This document shows, in pieces, positions 19,270 through 34,707 of a stretch of 64,000 nucleotides of DNA (position 1 is the stretch's first letter; each line of letters begins with the position of its first letter). The position numbers and the translations under genes are program-made. Origin of the DNA: an uncultured Verrucomicrobiae bacterium. Lineage in GTDB: Bacteria; Verrucomicrobiota; Verrucomicrobiia; Palsa-1439. The DNA lies in contig CAVQMY010000024.1 in NCBI GenBank assembly GCA_963713705.1, positions 746 to 64,745 on the forward strand, in the 5' to 3' direction. The notes beneath the pieces were generated by a model. That model saw nothing but the letters and a program-made list of their open reading frames with translations. It was not told the DNA's origin and did not search any database.

Positions 19270-19749
19270 TTAGTCGGTCGCGATGCGATTGGCAATGTGT
19301 TGCAGCAACCCATCAAAACGGGCGTCCGCGTCCATCTGCATGGCCTTCAGTTTCTGGATTTGCTCGGGCGTGAGCACGGCGCGAATGTCGTGGGCAACGT
19401 GTGCGCGTTGCACGGCCAGATCCGCTTCGAGGGACGCGACCTTGGCGGCCTCCGCGCGGATGGCCGTTTCATCAATCGTTTGCGCGCGGACGGTGTCGCG
19501 CAACGCGCGCCGCTCGGTTACGACCTCTTTCACCAACGGCCCGACCGTTGGCTGATAACCGCGCAAAATGGTTTTCACTTGCGCCCTCTGCGAGTCAGTG
19601 AGACCAAGTTGGGCCAGTCTTCGCCCGAACCGGCCGTTGGCAGTGCCGACCGCGTTGGTATCGGCATGCGCCAGGAAGGCGAAGAAGCCCCCGACGGTCA
19701 TGGCGGCCACGATCCCCGCACCAATCAAAGCTTTCGTATGTGTTTGCAT
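19270..19749 (-). CDS. Spy/CpxP-family periplasmic chaperone
   Basis: Signal peptide; LGLTDSQ and VLTPEQ motifs. Confidence 0.85.
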   Translation of the reverse strand: MQTHTKALIGAGIVAAMTVGGFFAFLAHADTNAVGTANGRFGRRLAQLGLTDSQRAQVKTILRGYQPTVGPLVKEVVTERRALRDTVRAQTIDETAIRAEAAKVASLEADLAVQRAHVAHDIRAVLTPEQIQKLKAMQMDADARFDGLLQHIANRIATD

Positions 19750-19777
19750 AAAGTTGTTACATCCCTTTCACCAACAC

Positions 19778-19805
19778 TAGACGCGGGACGGCGCGCAAAG
19801 GTTAC
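19778..19805 (-). promoter_or_regulatory. Putative ECF-sigma (autoregulatory) promoter
   Basis: Minus strand GTAACC-16 nt-CGTCTA directly upstream of the spy-sigma operon; overlaps the rlmN stop codon. Confidence 0.55.
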
Positions 19806-20857
19806 GATCTTTCGTGCTGGAGACGGAGTTGTCCACACGCGGCATTGATGTCGGTGCCCTTTTCCATGCGGAGGGTGCTGGTGACGTCGTGGGACTGGAG
19901 GGTATGCTGGAACATCTTGCAGCGGTCGCGGTCGGGACGCTTCCACGGCAGGCCCTCGACGGGATTGTAGGGAATAAGGTTTACCTTGGCGCGGAGACGC
20001 CTGGCGATAGCGCCGAGCTTGTGCGCCTGTTCGAGTGAGTCGTTGACGCCGTCGATGAGGATGTATTCGAACGTCATCATCCGTTTCTTGGTGTTCGCGT
20101 AGTAATCGCAGGCGGCGAGAAGTTCTTTGAGTGGATATTTCCTGTTCACGGGCATGATTTTCTCGCGTACCTCGTCGGTCGCGCCGTGCAACGAGACGGC
20201 GAGACGAATCTGCATCGGCTCATCGGCGAGCTGCTTGATGCGTGGAACGAGGCCGACGGTGGACACCGTGATCTTGCGCGCGCCGATGCCGAGACCCCAC
20301 GGCGCATTGATGATCTTCAGGGCACGCAAGAGGTTATCGTAATTGGCCAGAGGTTCGCCCATGCCCATGACGACGATGTTGTTGACCTTCTCGCCGCTGA
20401 GCTTCTGGACCTGCAACACCTGATCCACGATCTCGGCCGCCGTAAGATTGCGTTTCACACCGTCCAGGCCGCTCGCGCAGAATTTACACGCGAAGGCGCA
20501 TCCGACCTGCGTCGAAACGCAAACGGTGTGTCGGTCGCTGCTGCTGGTGAGACCCGGTGTGGCTGGAATCAGCACGGTCTCGATGAGCGAGTGGTCACGG
20601 AGTTGGAAGAGGAATTTCTCCGTTGTGTCGGTGGCGTTGCGTGTCTTGAGCGCGTGGACGGCATTCAGGTCGAAGCTGACGGCGAGTTTTTCGCGCAGAG
20701 CCGCGGGCAGATTGCTCATCTGGTCGAACGACTCCACCGGCTTCTGGTAAATCCACTGCAAGACCTGGTCGGCACGGTACGCGGGTTGGCCCAACGCCGC
20801 GAAGCGCGAGACAAGTTCCTCGCGAGAGAGCGACTTGATGTCTTCCTTGGCGTTCAT
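19802..20857 (-). CDS. rlmN: 23S rRNA/tRNA adenine C2-methyltransferase RlmN
   Basis: CVSTQVGCAFACKFC, MGMGEP, DINAACGQL. Confidence 0.96.
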   Translation of the reverse strand: MNAKEDIKSLSREELVSRFAALGQPAYRADQVLQWIYQKPVESFDQMSNLPAALREKLAVSFDLNAVHALKTRNATDTTEKFLFQLRDHSLIETVLIPATPGLTSSSDRHTVCVSTQVGCAFACKFCASGLDGVKRNLTAAEIVDQVLQVQKLSGEKVNNIVVMGMGEPLANYDNLLRALKIINAPWGLGIGARKITVSTVGLVPRIKQLADEPMQIRLAVSLHGATDEVREKIMPVNRKYPLKELLAACDYYANTKKRMMTFEYILIDGVNDSLEQAHKLGAIARRLRAKVNLIPYNPVEGLPWKRPDRDRCKMFQHTLQSHDVTSTLRMEKGTDINAACGQLRLQHERS

Positions 20858-22009
20858 ACCTTGTTGGCCTTGAGTTCCGTCAGCGAATAGTGCGTGCCGC
20901 GCCAGTTGATACCGTCATTTCGCAATGTCTTCAGCGTGGCTCGCCAAATAATGTACTGAAACAATAGTGCCGTAACGGGGAGGCCCACGCAATGCCAGCG
21001 TTGGGAGCCGTGGCAGTGCGCGGTGTCCATGTAGAGGGCGGCGAGCAGTCCGATGATGGTGACGTTGAGCCACCACGTCGTGCCGCTCGTGAGTGCGAGA
21101 GCCACGATAGGCCAGACGAAGACCACTAGTTGGGCGGCGGATGCGGCCGCAACCGCAGCAAGGTTGTATTCGACGCCCGCGAACGAGTTTTTCTCCAGGC
21201 CGCGAATCACTTCGCCAATCGAGCTATACCATTCGACCGCGATCAGTCCGTCGCTGATGACCATCTCCTGACGGAACCCGTGCTTCTTGATGAGTTTGCC
21301 GAGTTTCATATCGTCGTCCGGGCGCATGGCGATGGCGCGGTGACCACCGACAGCGCGGTACACCTCGGCGCGCACGAGGTTAAACGCGCCGATGCCGATA
21401 TGCCGCGGGCTTTTCGGGTCGCGCGCTTTCCATGGTTTGGCGTAGAGGCCGAAGAACAACGCGAACGCCCCGGCGAACATGCTCAACAATGTGCCGGGCA
21501 TCTGCAATTGCGGCGTGATGGCGAGATGGTCGATCTGGTGGCGGAGGAGGTAACCGACGGCGCGGCTGATCGCTGAACGCTCCATCACCACATCCGCGTC
21601 GGTAAACAAGAGCAGTTCGCCCGTGGCTCGTTTCGCGCCGAAGTTGAGGGCATGAGTTTTCCCGAGCCAGCCACCGGGTAGGTCGGTGACGTGCGCGACG
21701 TGCAAGCGCGGTTCCGCGCCGGCAATCCGGTCGAGAATGCCAGCCGGTTTCATCCGTAGAGCGGTCGTCGACAGCAATGAACTCGATGTTCGGGTAATCC
21801 TGCGCGAGGACTGTTTGCAATCCTTGCTCGATGGTGCGGGCTTCGTTCCGCGCCGCGATGATCACCGAAACTTTCGGAGCAGGACTGCTTGTAAATGGCG
21901 GGAGACCTCCGAGGCGGGACAGGGACCGGTTCCCAATGGCAAACTCAATGGTGGTTGCCAACACGAGCAGGAGCGTCACCACCGCGAGCCAGAATAGAAA
22001 CGTTGCCAT
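20854..22009 (-). CDS. Family 2 glycosyltransferase (one frameshift near 21750, probably a sequencing error)
   Basis: VSVIIAARNE...VDDRSTD in one frame; GWLGKTHAL, FTDADV and PDDD in the next. Confidence 0.85.
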
Positions 22010-22186
22010 GTGTGGAATGTTATCAGAAGGACACCAGCTTGTGTCGAGAACAGGACGGAGATAATAAGGACAATATCGTCGCGAGGTGACGAATTACAGA
22101 TCCGAACTCAGCAGACGGCGCTTACCTGGCGGGCGTCACTGGGGACACTAAGTTCCGCATCTCCAGTGAAGCCCGCAACTGCGGCG

Positions 22187-22243
22187 CTAACGTTTCTTCT
22201 TCTTGCCGCCCTTCTTCTTCTTACCTTTTTTCTTCGCTGCCAT
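22187..22243 (-). CDS. 18-aa Lys-rich micro-protein
   Basis: MAAKKKGKKKKGGKKKKR*, preceded by GGGGGTGAGG-CAGA-ATG (SD-like). Confidence 0.55.
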   Translation of the reverse strand: MAAKKKGKKKKGGKKKKR

Positions 22244-22370
22244 TCTGCCTCACCCCCGTTTCCGCTCCGTGAAGAGCTGTCACTTGCTCACCATGAACCT
22301 GTCGGGGGTACTACGCCAGCACAAAGAGACACAGAACATTCTCTGCTCTTGGTGTGCTGCGCGGTGAAAG

Positions 22371-24838
22371 TCAGGATTTCTTCGTGTCTTCAACGACCTC
22401 CGCCGCTTCTTCCTGTTGCTCGCTGATGACGCGGGCGATGGCGACGAGTTTGTCGCCTTCGTTGAGGTCGATGAGTTTGACGCCCTGGGTGTTGCGGCCG
22501 GCGATGCGGATGTCTTTGCAGTTGGTACGAACGGTCTGGCCCTGGGAAGTCGTGAGCATGATCTCGTCAGAATCAGTGACGCTGAGAGCGCCGACGACGC
22601 TGCCGACCTTGTCGGTGGTCTTCATGGTGATGATGCCTTTGCCGCCGCGGGATTGGACGCGGTATTCGTCAAATGGGGTGCGTTTGCCGATGCCGTGTTC
22701 GCCGGCGACGAGGAGCGTGGCGTTGACGTCGACGATTTCGACGCCGATGACATAATCACCCTTGTCCGGGCGGATGCCCCAGTTGCCGACGGAGGCGCGG
22801 CCCATGTCGCGAGCCTGTTCCTCGTGGAAGCGGATGCTCATACCGTCCTTGGTGACGAGGACGATTTCGTTGTTGCCGTTGGTGAGCTTGACGCCGATGA
22901 GGCGGTCGCCTTGTTCGATCTTGATGCCGATGACGCCGCCTTTGCGCGGGTTGGCATATTCGCCGAGATTGGTCTTCTTGACGATGCCCGACCTTCGTCG
23001 CCATGAAGAGATACTGCTTGTCGGTAAATTCCTTCACGCGAATAAGTGCGGAAACCTTTTCTTCGGGACGGAGTTGAAGGAAGTTCGCGAGACTCTTGCC
23101 TTTCGCCGCACGGCCCATCTCCGGAAGTTCATAGACCTTCTCGACGTAGACGCGGCCTTCCTCCGTAAAGAACATGATGTAATCGTGCGTGGAGCAGGTG
23201 AAGAGATGTTCGATGAAATCCTCTTCGCGCTGTTCCATGCCGATCACGCCCTTGCCGCCGCGACGTTGCGAACGGTAAGCGCTGACGGCGGTGCGCTTGA
23301 TGTACCCTTGGTGCGAAATGGTGACGATACAGGCCTCGTTGGCGATGAGGTCTTCGATATTGATCTCGCCTTCATCGGCCACGATGTCAGTGCGACGCGT
23401 GTCGCCGTACTTCTCTTTGACGTTCGAGCAACTCGGTCTTCACGACGCCCATGAGCTTCTTCTCGCTCGCCAGGAGGCTCTTGAGGTACTCGATGCGCTT
23501 GATGAGTTCGAGATACTCTTCCTCGATCTTGTCGCGTTCGAGGCCCGTGAGCTGGTAGAGGCGCATTTCGAGGATGGCGTTGCATTGAAGCTCGGACAAC
23601 TTGAATTTGGCCATCAACTTCTTCTTTGCGTCCTCGCGGTCGTCGGCGTTCCGGATGATCTTGACGACGGCGTCGATGTTGTCGAGCGCGATGCGGAAGC
23701 CTTCGAGGATGTGGGCGCGTTCCTCGGCCTTTTGCAGCTCGAACTTCGTGCGCCGGGTGATGACTTCTTTGCGGTGCGCGATGTAGCATTCGATCATCTG
23801 CTTGATGTTCATCGTGCGCGGGCGACCGTGATCGATCGCGAGCATGATGACGCCGAAGGTGTCTTCGAGCTGCGTGTACTTGTAGAGGTTGTTGATGACG
23901 ACCTTCGGAATGGCATCGCGTTTCAACTCGATCACCACGCGGATGCCGTCCTTGTTGGACTCGTCACGGATATCGCTGATGTCGTCGAGCTTCTTCTCGT
24001 TGACGAGTTCCGCCATGCGTTCGATCAGCGTGGCCTTGTTGACGTTGTACGGGACCTCCGAGATGATCAGGCGTTCCTTGCCGCCTTTGACCTCCTCGAT
24101 GCCGATGCGGCCGCGCATCTTGAGGCTGCCGCGGCCGCTGAGCAGGTAATCCTTGATGCCCTGCTTGCCGCAGATCATGCCACCCGTCGGGAAGTCGGCG
24201 CCTTTGATAAACTTCGCAACGTCTTTGACGTCAGTCTCCGGATCGTCAATCAACGCGCAACAGGCGTCGATGACTTCGGAAAGATTGTGCGGAGGGATAT
24301 TCGTGGCCATGCCGACCGCGATGCCGGTGCTGCCGTTGACAAGGAGGTTCGGGATGCGCGCCGGCAGGACCACCGGTTCCCGTTCCTTCTCGTCGAAATT
24401 GGGCTGGAAATCGACCGTATCCTTGTCGAGGTCGGCGAGTAGTTCCTCGGCGATTTCGAGAAGACGACACTCTGTGTAGCGGTAGGCGGCGGCCGGATCG
24501 CCATCGATGGAGCCGAAATTGCCCTGGCCGTCGATAAGCGGGTAGCGCATGGCAAAATCCTGCGCCATGCGCACGAGCGTGTCGTACACGCTGGTGTCGC
24601 CATGCGGGTGGTATTTGCCGAGGACTTCGCCAACGACCTTGGCGCATTTCGAGTAGGAGCGGTTGTGCAACAGGCCGAGTTCACGCATCGCATACAGGAC
24701 ACGGCGATTCGACGGCTTCAGGCCGTCGCGGACATCTGGCAGCGCCCGCCCGACGATGACCGACATCGAGTAGTCGATGTACGCCTGCTCCATCTGCTTG
24801 CTGATGTTGACCAGTGTCACGGGATACTTGTCTTGCAT
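22371..24838 (-). CDS. gyrA: DNA gyrase subunit A (split by two apparent indel errors near 23420 and 22990)
   Basis: ALPDVRDGLKP, YHPHGD, AAYRYTE, GyrA-box QRRGGKG, C-terminal pinwheel repeats. Confidence 0.95.
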
Positions 24839-24885
24839 AATCTGTCAGGCTCCTATCAGCACAACCGTTATCAATCCATCCGCGG

Positions 24886-25279
24886 CTACTGTTTCCCCAC
24901 GAACAGCTTGGTTGTTGTTACAAAATTCTCGGCGTCAGCGATCAATTCCTTCATCCGCTGGCAATCCGGCGGCGCTTGCGGGCCGATGCCCGGCATCCTC
25001 GTGCAACTGCGTCGCCCTCTTGAAGCGCTCCCCAATCTCACGCGGCATCAAACCTGTCTTCACAAATTCCTGATGAAACTTCGCGGCCACATTTCCATCG
25101 CGGGACGGCCCGAACTCCTTCGTCGCCAACAGCGCGCACGCGCAATAAAACATCGTGAAATGCACCCGGTCCATCGCGCCCCGGCACATCTTCTGATCGA
25201 TCAGCAGACGCGCCTCGTTCAAGCTCTCGGCAGCCTGCGTGAGCCGTAGATTGATCAAGTCCTGGGCTTCGGGCGTCAC
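24886..25279 (-). CDS. HEPN-domain protein (one frameshift near the 3' end)
   Basis: A.E.L.EA..L......A..R....MFY.A.ALL....F...FVKTG; continues in another frame as ...KELIADAENFVTTTKLFVGKQ*. Confidence 0.7.
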
Positions 25280-25287
25280 GGCGCGAA

Positions 25288-27993
<2,706 letters not shown>

Positions 27994-28056
27994 TCATGTA
28001 TAAGTGGCGATGGGCGAGAAAGTTCTACAGGATTCTTTCGGGTCATAAATAGGGGA

Positions 28057-28084
28057 TTGACAAGACATGGATTCATGGTAAAAT
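28057..28084 (+). promoter_or_regulatory. Sigma-70 promoter for rrf2
   Basis: TTGACA-16 nt-TAAAAT with an extended -10 TG. Confidence 0.6.
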
Positions 28085-28115
28085 AAAGCAACATTGGTAA
28101 GATACTTAGGATTAC

Positions 28116-28535
28116 ATGAAAGCATCGGTCAAGAGTGATTACGCGTGTCGGGCGGTGGAAGCCTTGGCGCTTCATCATCCGAGCGTGAGGCCGCTGCGGA
28201 TTGAGGAAATTGCATCAAGTGAGGCGATCCCGGCGAACTATCTCGTGCAAATCCTAATCGAGTTGAAGAGCAAGGGGCTTATCCAGAGCCGGCGGGGCAA
28301 GGCTGGCGGGTATGCACTGGCCAAGACGCCCCGGGAGATTACGGTTGGGGACGTTCTCCGGGCGGTGCAGGGGGATGTGCTGGAGATGCCATTACTGAGG
28401 GAGGCACGGTGTCCGGAAGAGATCAAGCGTGCGTGGCGGCGGATCAAGGAGGCCGCCGAACGCGCGGCGGACGATGTGACCTTCGAGCAGTTGTGCATGG
28501 AGGCAAAGAGTCGCCCGGAGATGTACTACATCTAG
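28116..28535 (+). CDS. Rrf2-family regulator (CymR-like)
   Basis: YLVQIL..LK..GLIQSRRGKAGGYALA; lacks the IscR three-Cys set; precedes the sulfur operon. Confidence 0.9.
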   Translation: MKASVKSDYACRAVEALALHHPSVRPLRIEEIASSEAIPANYLVQILIELKSKGLIQSRRGKAGGYALAKTPREITVGDVLRAVQGDVLEMPLLREARCPEEIKRAWRRIKEAAERAADDVTFEQLCMEAKSRPEMYYI

Positions 28536-28539
28536 GGCA

Positions 28540-28567
28540 TTGACAGGCAATTGTTCTTTGATATAGT
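28540..28567 (+). promoter_or_regulatory. Sigma-70 promoter for the riboswitch/sulfur operon
   Basis: TTGACA-16 nt-TATAGT. Confidence 0.6.
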
Positions 28568-28601
28568 CCCTCAGTTGTCCCGCCATGGGCGGAACAGCAA
28601 A

Positions 28602-28732
28602 CTCATCAAGAGCGGTCGAGGGACTGGCCCGTAGAAACCGCGGCAACCGTTCCGTCACCAGAGGGTGGCGGAAGACAAGGTGCCAATTCCAGCTCCGAGG
28701 CCCGACGCGAGTCGGGAGCGGGGGAAGATGAG
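28602..28732 (+). ncRNA. SAM-I (S-box) riboswitch
   Basis: P1 CTCATC/GATGAG; AAGAG...GAGGGACTGGCCC...GGCAACC...GGTGCCAATTCC consensus. Confidence 0.93.
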
Positions 28733-28756
28733 GGAGAGCAATCAGGTTGTTTGGAT

Positions 28757-28805
28757 GCCTCTTCATCGTCGCCCGCCATTGGGGATGCTGAAGAGGTTGT
28801 TTTTT
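28757..28805 (+). terminator. Riboswitch expression-platform terminator
   Basis: GCCTCTTCA...TGAAGAGGT stem followed by a T-tract. Confidence 0.75.
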
Positions 28806-28853
28806 GTGTCTCTGGGCGTGGTGGCCGCCACTTGGTGAAGAAAGCGAGATGCG

Positions 28854-30100
28854 ATGAAGGCAAAACATGGATTCTTCACCAGTTTAAAGTGTCGCGAGTG
28901 CGGACGGCATTACCCGAAGGAGGCGCTGCATGTCTGCGAGTTCTGCTTCGGGCCGCTGGAAGTGGATTACGACTACGGCTTGATCAAGACCGTGTTGACA
29001 CGCGCGAAGATTGCTTCGCGCCCCACGAACATGTGGCGATACCGCGAACTGCTTCCGATCGAGGGCGAACCGACGATCGGTTTCCAGGTTGGTTTTACAC
29101 CACTGGTGAGGGCGGATCGCCTCGCCAAACGGCTGGGCCTGCGGGAGGTCTGGATCAAGAACGACACGGTCAATTATCCGACGTTGTCGTTCAAAGACCG
29201 GGTGGTCAGCGTGGCGTTGTCGCGAGCGCGGGAATTGGGGTTTGAGATCGTCGCGTGCGCGTCGACGGGCAACCTGGCGAACTCCGTGGCGGCAAACGCC
29301 GCAAGCGGCGGCCTGAAAAGCTACGTGTTCATCCCCGCGGACCTGGAGACGGGGAAGGTGCTCGGTTCGCTGGTATATGGAACAACCGTCATCGGCATCC
29401 GCGGCACGTACGACCAAGTGAACCGTCTGTGCAGCGAGATCGCCGGGAAATACGGCTGGGCGTTTGTGAACGTCAACATCCGGCCCTACTACGCCGAAGG
29501 CTCGAAAGCCATGGGCTACGAGATCATCGAGCAATTGGGGTGGCGGTTGCCGGACCATGTGGTGGTGCCGATGGCGGGGGCTCGCTCATCACGAAAATCC
29601 ACAAGTCCTTCAAAGAGTTTGTGAAACTGGGTCTGGTGGACGAGCATCCATGTTCCATTCATGGCGCCCAGGCCGAAGGGTGCGCGCCGATTGTGAACGC
29701 GATGAAGGCCGGTGCGGACATCATCAAGCCGGTGAACAAACCGCAAACGATCGTGAAATCGCTGGCGATCGGCAACCCGGCGGACGGGTTTTACTCGATC
29801 CAGACGATGAGACAGACGGGCGGCTGGGCGGAGAACCCCAACGACGAGGAGGTCGTGGCGGGAATCCGATTGCTGGCGGAAACGGAAGGGATTTTTGCGG
29901 AGACCGCGGGGGGCACGACCGTCGCGGCGACCCAGCGGCTGGTGGATGCGGGCCGGATCAGGCCGGGCGAATCGCTGGTGTTGTGCATTACGGGCCATGG
30001 GCTGAAGACGCAGGAAGCCGTGAGCGGCAAATGTGGCGAGGCGCGCGTGATCGGGCCGCATCTGCACGAGTTTTCAGCCTTGTTGGACGAGAAGAATTGA
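28854..30100 (+). CDS. thrC: Threonine-synthase-like PLP enzyme (frameshift in a G run near 29580)
   Basis: CxxC...CxxC N-terminus, PTLSFKDR, CASTGNLA, ITGHGLKT. Confidence 0.85.
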
Positions 30101-30121
30101 TCAGGAGAAGGAGAACGAACC

Positions 30122-30397
30122 ATGCCGATAAATGTGCGGATTCCGACGCCGTTGCGGAAATTGACGAAGGACAAGGACATCGTGCAAGCCTCGGGCGCGA
30201 CGATCCAGGACATTATTGACAGTTTGGAGAAGCAGTACCCGGGGTTGAAGGAGCGGATTTGTGATGAGCGCGGCGAGCTGCGCCGGTTTGTGAACGTGTA
30301 TCTGAACGACGAGGACATTCGATTTGCCCAGGGCAAGGGCACGCCGGTGAAAGACGGGGACGAGATTTCCGTCATACCGGCCATTGCGGGTGGCTAA
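30122..30397 (+). CDS. MoaD/ThiS/CysO-family sulfur carrier
   Basis: Ubiquitin-like sequence ending ...IPAIAGG. Confidence 0.92.
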   Translation: MPINVRIPTPLRKLTKDKDIVQASGATIQDIIDSLEKQYPGLKERICDERGELRRFVNVYLNDEDIRFAQGKGTPVKDGDEISVIPAIAGG

Positions 30398-30421
30398 ACC
30401 AAGGTCGCGACCAAGGAAGAC

Positions 30422-30697
30422 ATGGCAAAAAAGACAAAAGCTGCGAAGGCGGCGAAGGAGACAAAACGTCTCTGGCTGACCTATCCGAAAAAGGTTATCC
30501 GGCAGCCGGCCATTTATGAGTTGGGTCACAAGTTCCAGGTAGTGACCAACATTCGACAGGCCAGCGTGACGGAAGAGGTCGGGATCGTCTCGCTGGAGTT
30601 GCTCGGCACCCGGGATGAGATCAAGAAGGCCATCAAATGGCTGGAAGGTCTCGGCATCAAGGTCGAGCCGGTCGAGATCAACGTGATTGAGGGTTAG
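30422..30697 (+). CDS. NIL-domain protein
   Basis: LTYP......PAIY.L...F.V.TNIRQA.V....G...LEL.G. Confidence 0.8.
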   Translation: MAKKTKAAKAAKETKRLWLTYPKKVIRQPAIYELGHKFQVVTNIRQASVTEEVGIVSLELLGTRDEIKKAIKWLEGLGIKVEPVEINVIEG

Positions 30698-30705
30698 CAA
30701 GCGGC

Positions 30706-31428
30706 GTGAAGTTCACAGCGGAAGAGATTCAGAATCTGGCGGCGGAGTTCGAGGGTCGGGCTCCGCGCGAGATTCTGCAGTGGGCGACGGACAGTTTCGG
30801 TCCGCGCGTCGCCATTTCCTCCGCGTTTGGTCCCGAAGGGCTGGTGGTGATCGACATCGTGATGCGCCAGGTCACGCCGCGCATTCCGGTATTCACAATC
30901 GACACGGGATTCTTTTTCAAGGAGACGGTGGAACTGATTCACCGGATCGAACAGGAATACGGGATCACGATCGAGCGGCTGCACCCCGAGTTGACGCCTG
31001 AGCAACAGGGTGAGAAATACGGCGCCGAGCTGTACAAACGCGAGCCGGACAAGTGCTGCTACATGCGCAAGGTCCTTCCGCTGCAAGAGAAACTGCCCGA
31101 ACTCGACGGGTTGATCACGGGATTGCGTCGCAGTCAGGGGGAGAGCCGCAAGGGGGCGAAGATCCTGCAATTGCAGGAGTCGCCCCAGGGCCACCGCTAT
31201 CTCAAGATCAATCCGTTGGCGTCGTGGACCAAGGAAGAGGTCTGGTGGTATATCATCAGCCACCAACTTCATTACAACCCGCTGCACGACCAGGGTTACC
31301 CGAGCATCGGTTGCTGGCCCGAGTGCTGCACGCGCCCGGTGAAGGACGGCGAGGGCGAGCGCGCGGGCCGCTGGGCGGGATCGGACAAGAAGGAGTGCGG
31401 CCTGCACACGTTCGCCGCGAATATTTGA
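30706..31428 (+). CDS. cysH: APS/PAPS reductase (Fe-S Cys motifs suggest APS type)
   Basis: [34 protein letters not shown]. Confidence 0.92.
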   Translation: MKFTAEEIQNLAAEFEGRAPREILQWATDSFGPRVAISSAFGPEGLVVIDIVMRQVTPRIPVFTIDTGFFFKETVELIHRIEQEYGITIERLHPELTPEQQGEKYGAELYKREPDKCCYMRKVLPLQEKLPELDGLITGLRRSQGESRKGAKILQLQESPQGHRYLKINPLASWTKEEVWWYIISHQLHYNPLHDQGYPSIGCWPECCTRPVKDGEGERAGRWAGSDKKECGLHTFAANI

Positions 31429-31453
31429 CCGCGCGGCGCCGGGATTTTTGATT

Positions 31454-32255
31454 ATGGATCATCTCGACAAGCTGGAGAACCAGAGCATTTTCATCATCCG
31501 CGAGGCGTTCAACAAGATTGAGCGGCTGGCGATGCTGTGGAGCGTGGGCAAGGATTCGCAAACGATCCTCTGGCTGGCGCGCAAGGCGTTTTTTGGCCAC
31601 GTGCCGTTCCCGTGCGTGTTCATGGAGACAAGTTTCGACATGCCCGAGTTGATGGAGTTGCGGGACCGGCTGGCGAAGGAATGGAAGCTGAACCTTGTGA
31701 TCGCGCGCAACGACGAAGCGCTGGCGCAAGGGATGAACCACACACGCGGGCGGGTCAATTGCTGCTCGGCATTGCTCAAGGAGAATCTCAAGAAGATCGT
31801 CGACCGCGAGAGGTACGGCGGGCTGATCGTCGGCGTGCGGCGCGACGAGGAGCCCACGCGGGCCAAGGAGCGTTATTTCAGCCCGCGCGACAAGAACATG
31901 GAATGGAACGTCGAGGACCAGCCGCCGGAATTGTGGGACCAGTTCAAGACGGACCTGGCGGGCGGCACGCATATCCGCATGCATCCGTTGCTGCACTGGA
32001 CGGAGATGAACATTTGGGAGTACATCGAGCGCGAGAAAATCCCGAACGTGTCGCTGTATTTCGCCAACGAACGGGGAGCGCTATCGGAGCCTCGGTTGCG
32101 CCCCCTGCACGTTCCCGATCAAGTCGAACGCAGACACGTATGAGAAGATTCGGGAAGAACTGCGCACGACCAAACGGAGCGAGCGCTGCGTCCGCGCCCA
32201 GGACAAGGAGAGCGAAGATGCGTTCGAGAAATTGCGGCGCGATGGGTACATGTAG
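31454..32255 (+). CDS. cysD: Sulfate adenylyltransferase subunit 2 (frameshift near 32075)
   Basis: [22 protein letters not shown]; shifted frame [10 protein letters not shown]...LRRDGYM*. Confidence 0.92.
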
Positions 32256-32276
32256 GCCGCGGCGGTGGATTTGGTT

Positions 32277-34165
<1,889 letters not shown>

Positions 34166-34233
34166 CCGGCGAGGATTTGCTTCTGGCCGGAACCGCGATA
34201 CGTTAGAATTGTTCTAGTCCACGAAAGGATGAC

Positions 34234-34707
34234 ATGGCGAAATCGGGGTCGAAGATCAACGAGTCATTGCAACAGCCGCTGGTTCGGCAGTTCTCGGTAT
34301 TTCTGGAGAACAAGGTCGGAGCGCTCCTCGATCTCGACGCGGACGTTGAGCGAGTCGAACGTCCACGTCTGCGGCATCTCGGTCGTGGACACGGCGGACG
34401 CGTCGGTGGTGCGGATCGTGGTGGACGATCCCGAGAGCGTGCCATGAGGCGCTGGGCAAGGCCGGGATACCGGTCAACGAGTCCAACGCTTGTGGTGGTG
34501 GAACTGCCGCGCGGGCCGGAGAAACTGGACACGGTGTTGCGCGGGCTGGTGGCGGCGGAAGTGAACATCCAGTACACGTATTCGCTGATGGTCCGGCCGC
34601 ACGACAAGGCGTTGCTGGCGCTGCACTGTGAAGACTCGGAGTTTGCCCGGGACGTGTTGGTGAAAGAGGGCTACAGCGTACTCAGCCAGAAGGATATTTC
34701 CCGCTGA
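34234..34707 (+). CDS. Tandem ACT-domain protein (middle garbled by indels)
   Basis: RQFSVFLENKVG and VNIQYTYS motifs. Confidence 0.75.
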   Translation: MAKSGSKINESLQQPLVRQFSVFLENKVGALLDLDADVERVERPRLRHLGRGHGGRVGGADRGGRSRERAMRRWARPGYRSTSPTLVVVELPRGPEKLDTVLRGLVAAEVNIQYTYSLMVRPHDKALLALHCEDSEFARDVLVKEGYSVLSQKDISR

